The notes beneath the pieces are model-generated. The model was not told the DNA's origin and did not search any database. It was given only the letters and a program-made list of their open reading frames with translations. From the human T2T-CHM13v2.0 reference genome, Homo sapiens: DNA of 64,000 nt. Within the stretch, counting starts at the first letter, position 1. Every line of letters starts with the position of its first letter. The translations under genes and the position numbers were made by a program. This document shows, piece by piece, positions 61,714 to 64,000 of the stretch. Where the stretch lies: the NCBI RefSeq assembly GCF_009914755.1, contig NC_060926.1. One strand, written 5' to 3'.

Positions 61714-62563
61714 CTGCAAATCAAATCAGCACAAGTTGCTTTTAGTGTCTGTGATAATACACATCAGCAGCCACGTGGTTACCAGTGTACCTCAAGACCT
61801 AAATCTAGTTTTCTTTCTGTCTAAGAAGATTAGAATATGATACTCTACTAAGCTTTTCTCTACACTGTGGGATGTTATTTCAATTAAAATTTGGAAAAAC
61901 TGAATTAATGCTGTAGTCACCCAATCCTAACTACAGGCGCCCACCACCATGCCCGGCTAATTTTTTGTATTTTTAGTAGAGACAGGGTTTCACCGTGTTA
62001 GCCAGGATGGTCTCATCTCCTGATCTCATGATCTGCCCGCCTTGGCCTCCCAAAGTGCTGGGATTACAGGCGTGAGCCATGGCGCCTGGCCACTTATTTT
62101 TAAATATTGGCAAAATTAGCAAAATGATCACAGTAGTTAAAAATTATGATATCTTGGCTAGGTGCGGTGGCTCACGCCTGTAATCCCAGCACTTTGGGAG
62201 GCCAAGGCAGGCAGATCACGAGGTCAGGAGATCGAGACCATCCTGGCTAACACGGTGAAACCCTGTCTCTACTAAAAATACAATAAATTAGCCAGGCGTG
62301 GTGGCATGCACCTGTAGTCCCAGCTACTCAGGAGGCTGAGGCAGAAGAATCGCTTGAACCCAGGAGGCGGAGTGCAGTGAGCCAAGATTGTGCCACTGCA
62401 CTCCAGCCTGGGTAATAGAGTGAGACTCTGTCTCAAAAAAACAAAACAAAACAAAATATTATCTCTTTAATGTTTAAATCATCTCTGAATTTTAATTCTT
62501 AATTAGATCAACCCCAGTCTACTCTACAGTCTCATATTTGCCACCTTAAATTCTTCATTGCAC

Positions 62564-62793
62564 CATCCTACTTCCCTTTATCCCGGGATTACTCCTGATG
62601 GCCTCTTACAGGCATCCTTGCTTCCAGTCTTCCCTTCTTAAAATATTCCTGTCCTTAGCCTCTTGCTTAAAAAAATCTCATCCTACTTCCCTTTATCCCG
62701 GGATTACTCCTGATGGCCTCTAACAGGCATCCTTACTTCCAGTCTTCCCTTCTTAAAATGTTCATGTCCTTAGCCTCTTGCTTAAAAAAATCT
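62564..62793. repeat. 115-bp tandem duplication in a CCT4 intron
   Basis: catcctacttccc...aaaaaaatct at 62564-62678 and 62679-62793; 4 mismatches. Confidence 0.93.
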
Positions 62794-63029
62794 TTAGGCC
62801 CCGCACCGTGGCTCACGCCTATAATCCTAGCACTTTGGAAGGCTGAGGCAGGTGAATTGCCTGAGCTCAGGAGTGCAAAACCAGCCTCAGCAACACAGTG
62901 AAACACCATATCTACTAAAAAATACAAAAAAATTAGCCCGGCCTGGTGGTGGGCGCCTGTAGTCCCAGCTACTCAGGAGGCTGAGGCAGAATTGCTTGAA
63001 CTTGGGAGGAGGAGGTTGCAGTGAGCTGA

Positions 63030-63686
<657 letters not shown>

Positions 63687-64000
63687 TAGTTCCATCATTT
63701 GGCGTTCTGTACCATACAGACAATATAAAGTTGGACTGTCAGTTCTTTCCCATCATGTGTTTAATTTGTCTCCTCAACAAAACATTAATAAAAAGCGATA
63801 TTATTACCATATGATTACCTTACACAACTACATTAGCTCATGCTAACTAGGGCAATGATTTTTTATACAGTCTTTAGTATATGCCAAGCATCTATCTAAG
63901 AGCTTGTTAACTAGAAATGCATTTAATTCTCACAACAGGCCTATGAGGGAACTATTAATCATCCCTGTTTTTACACCTGAGGAAACTGAGGAACAGACTA

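Overview
This is human (primate) genomic DNA, Alu-dense, recognisable as the FAM161A locus. It holds the complete minus-strand FAM161A gene (ciliary protein, retinitis pigmentosa gene): seven coding exons that I spliced by hand into a 2151-nt CDS (716 aa, or 660 aa without the 168-nt cassette exon), a CpG-island promoter at about 45.8-47.2 kb and a 3'UTR ending near 16.93 kb. The last two exons and poly(A) signals of CCT4 (minus strand) lie at 60.3-61.7 kb. There are three retro-pseudogenes (an HNRNPA1 5' fragment, RPL31, SRRM1), plus many Alu, L1, L2, MIR, LTR/ERVL and hAT relics. Most ORFs in the supplied track are Alu or low-complexity artefacts. I found no convincing new multi-gene system. 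The best second-look items are: (1) a 115-nt stop-containing insert at an exon junction of the SRRM1 retrocopy, possibly a fossil poison-exon isoform; (2) a 163-bp, about 88% identical, non-Alu inverted repeat in FAM161A intron 1; (3) a composite tail-less insertion (Alu + unassigned DNA + HNRNPA1 5' part) splitting an old L1; (4) a candidate splicing-control module around the FAM161A cassette exon. Gene and repeat-family assignments come from memory of reference and consensus sequences, not from a search.
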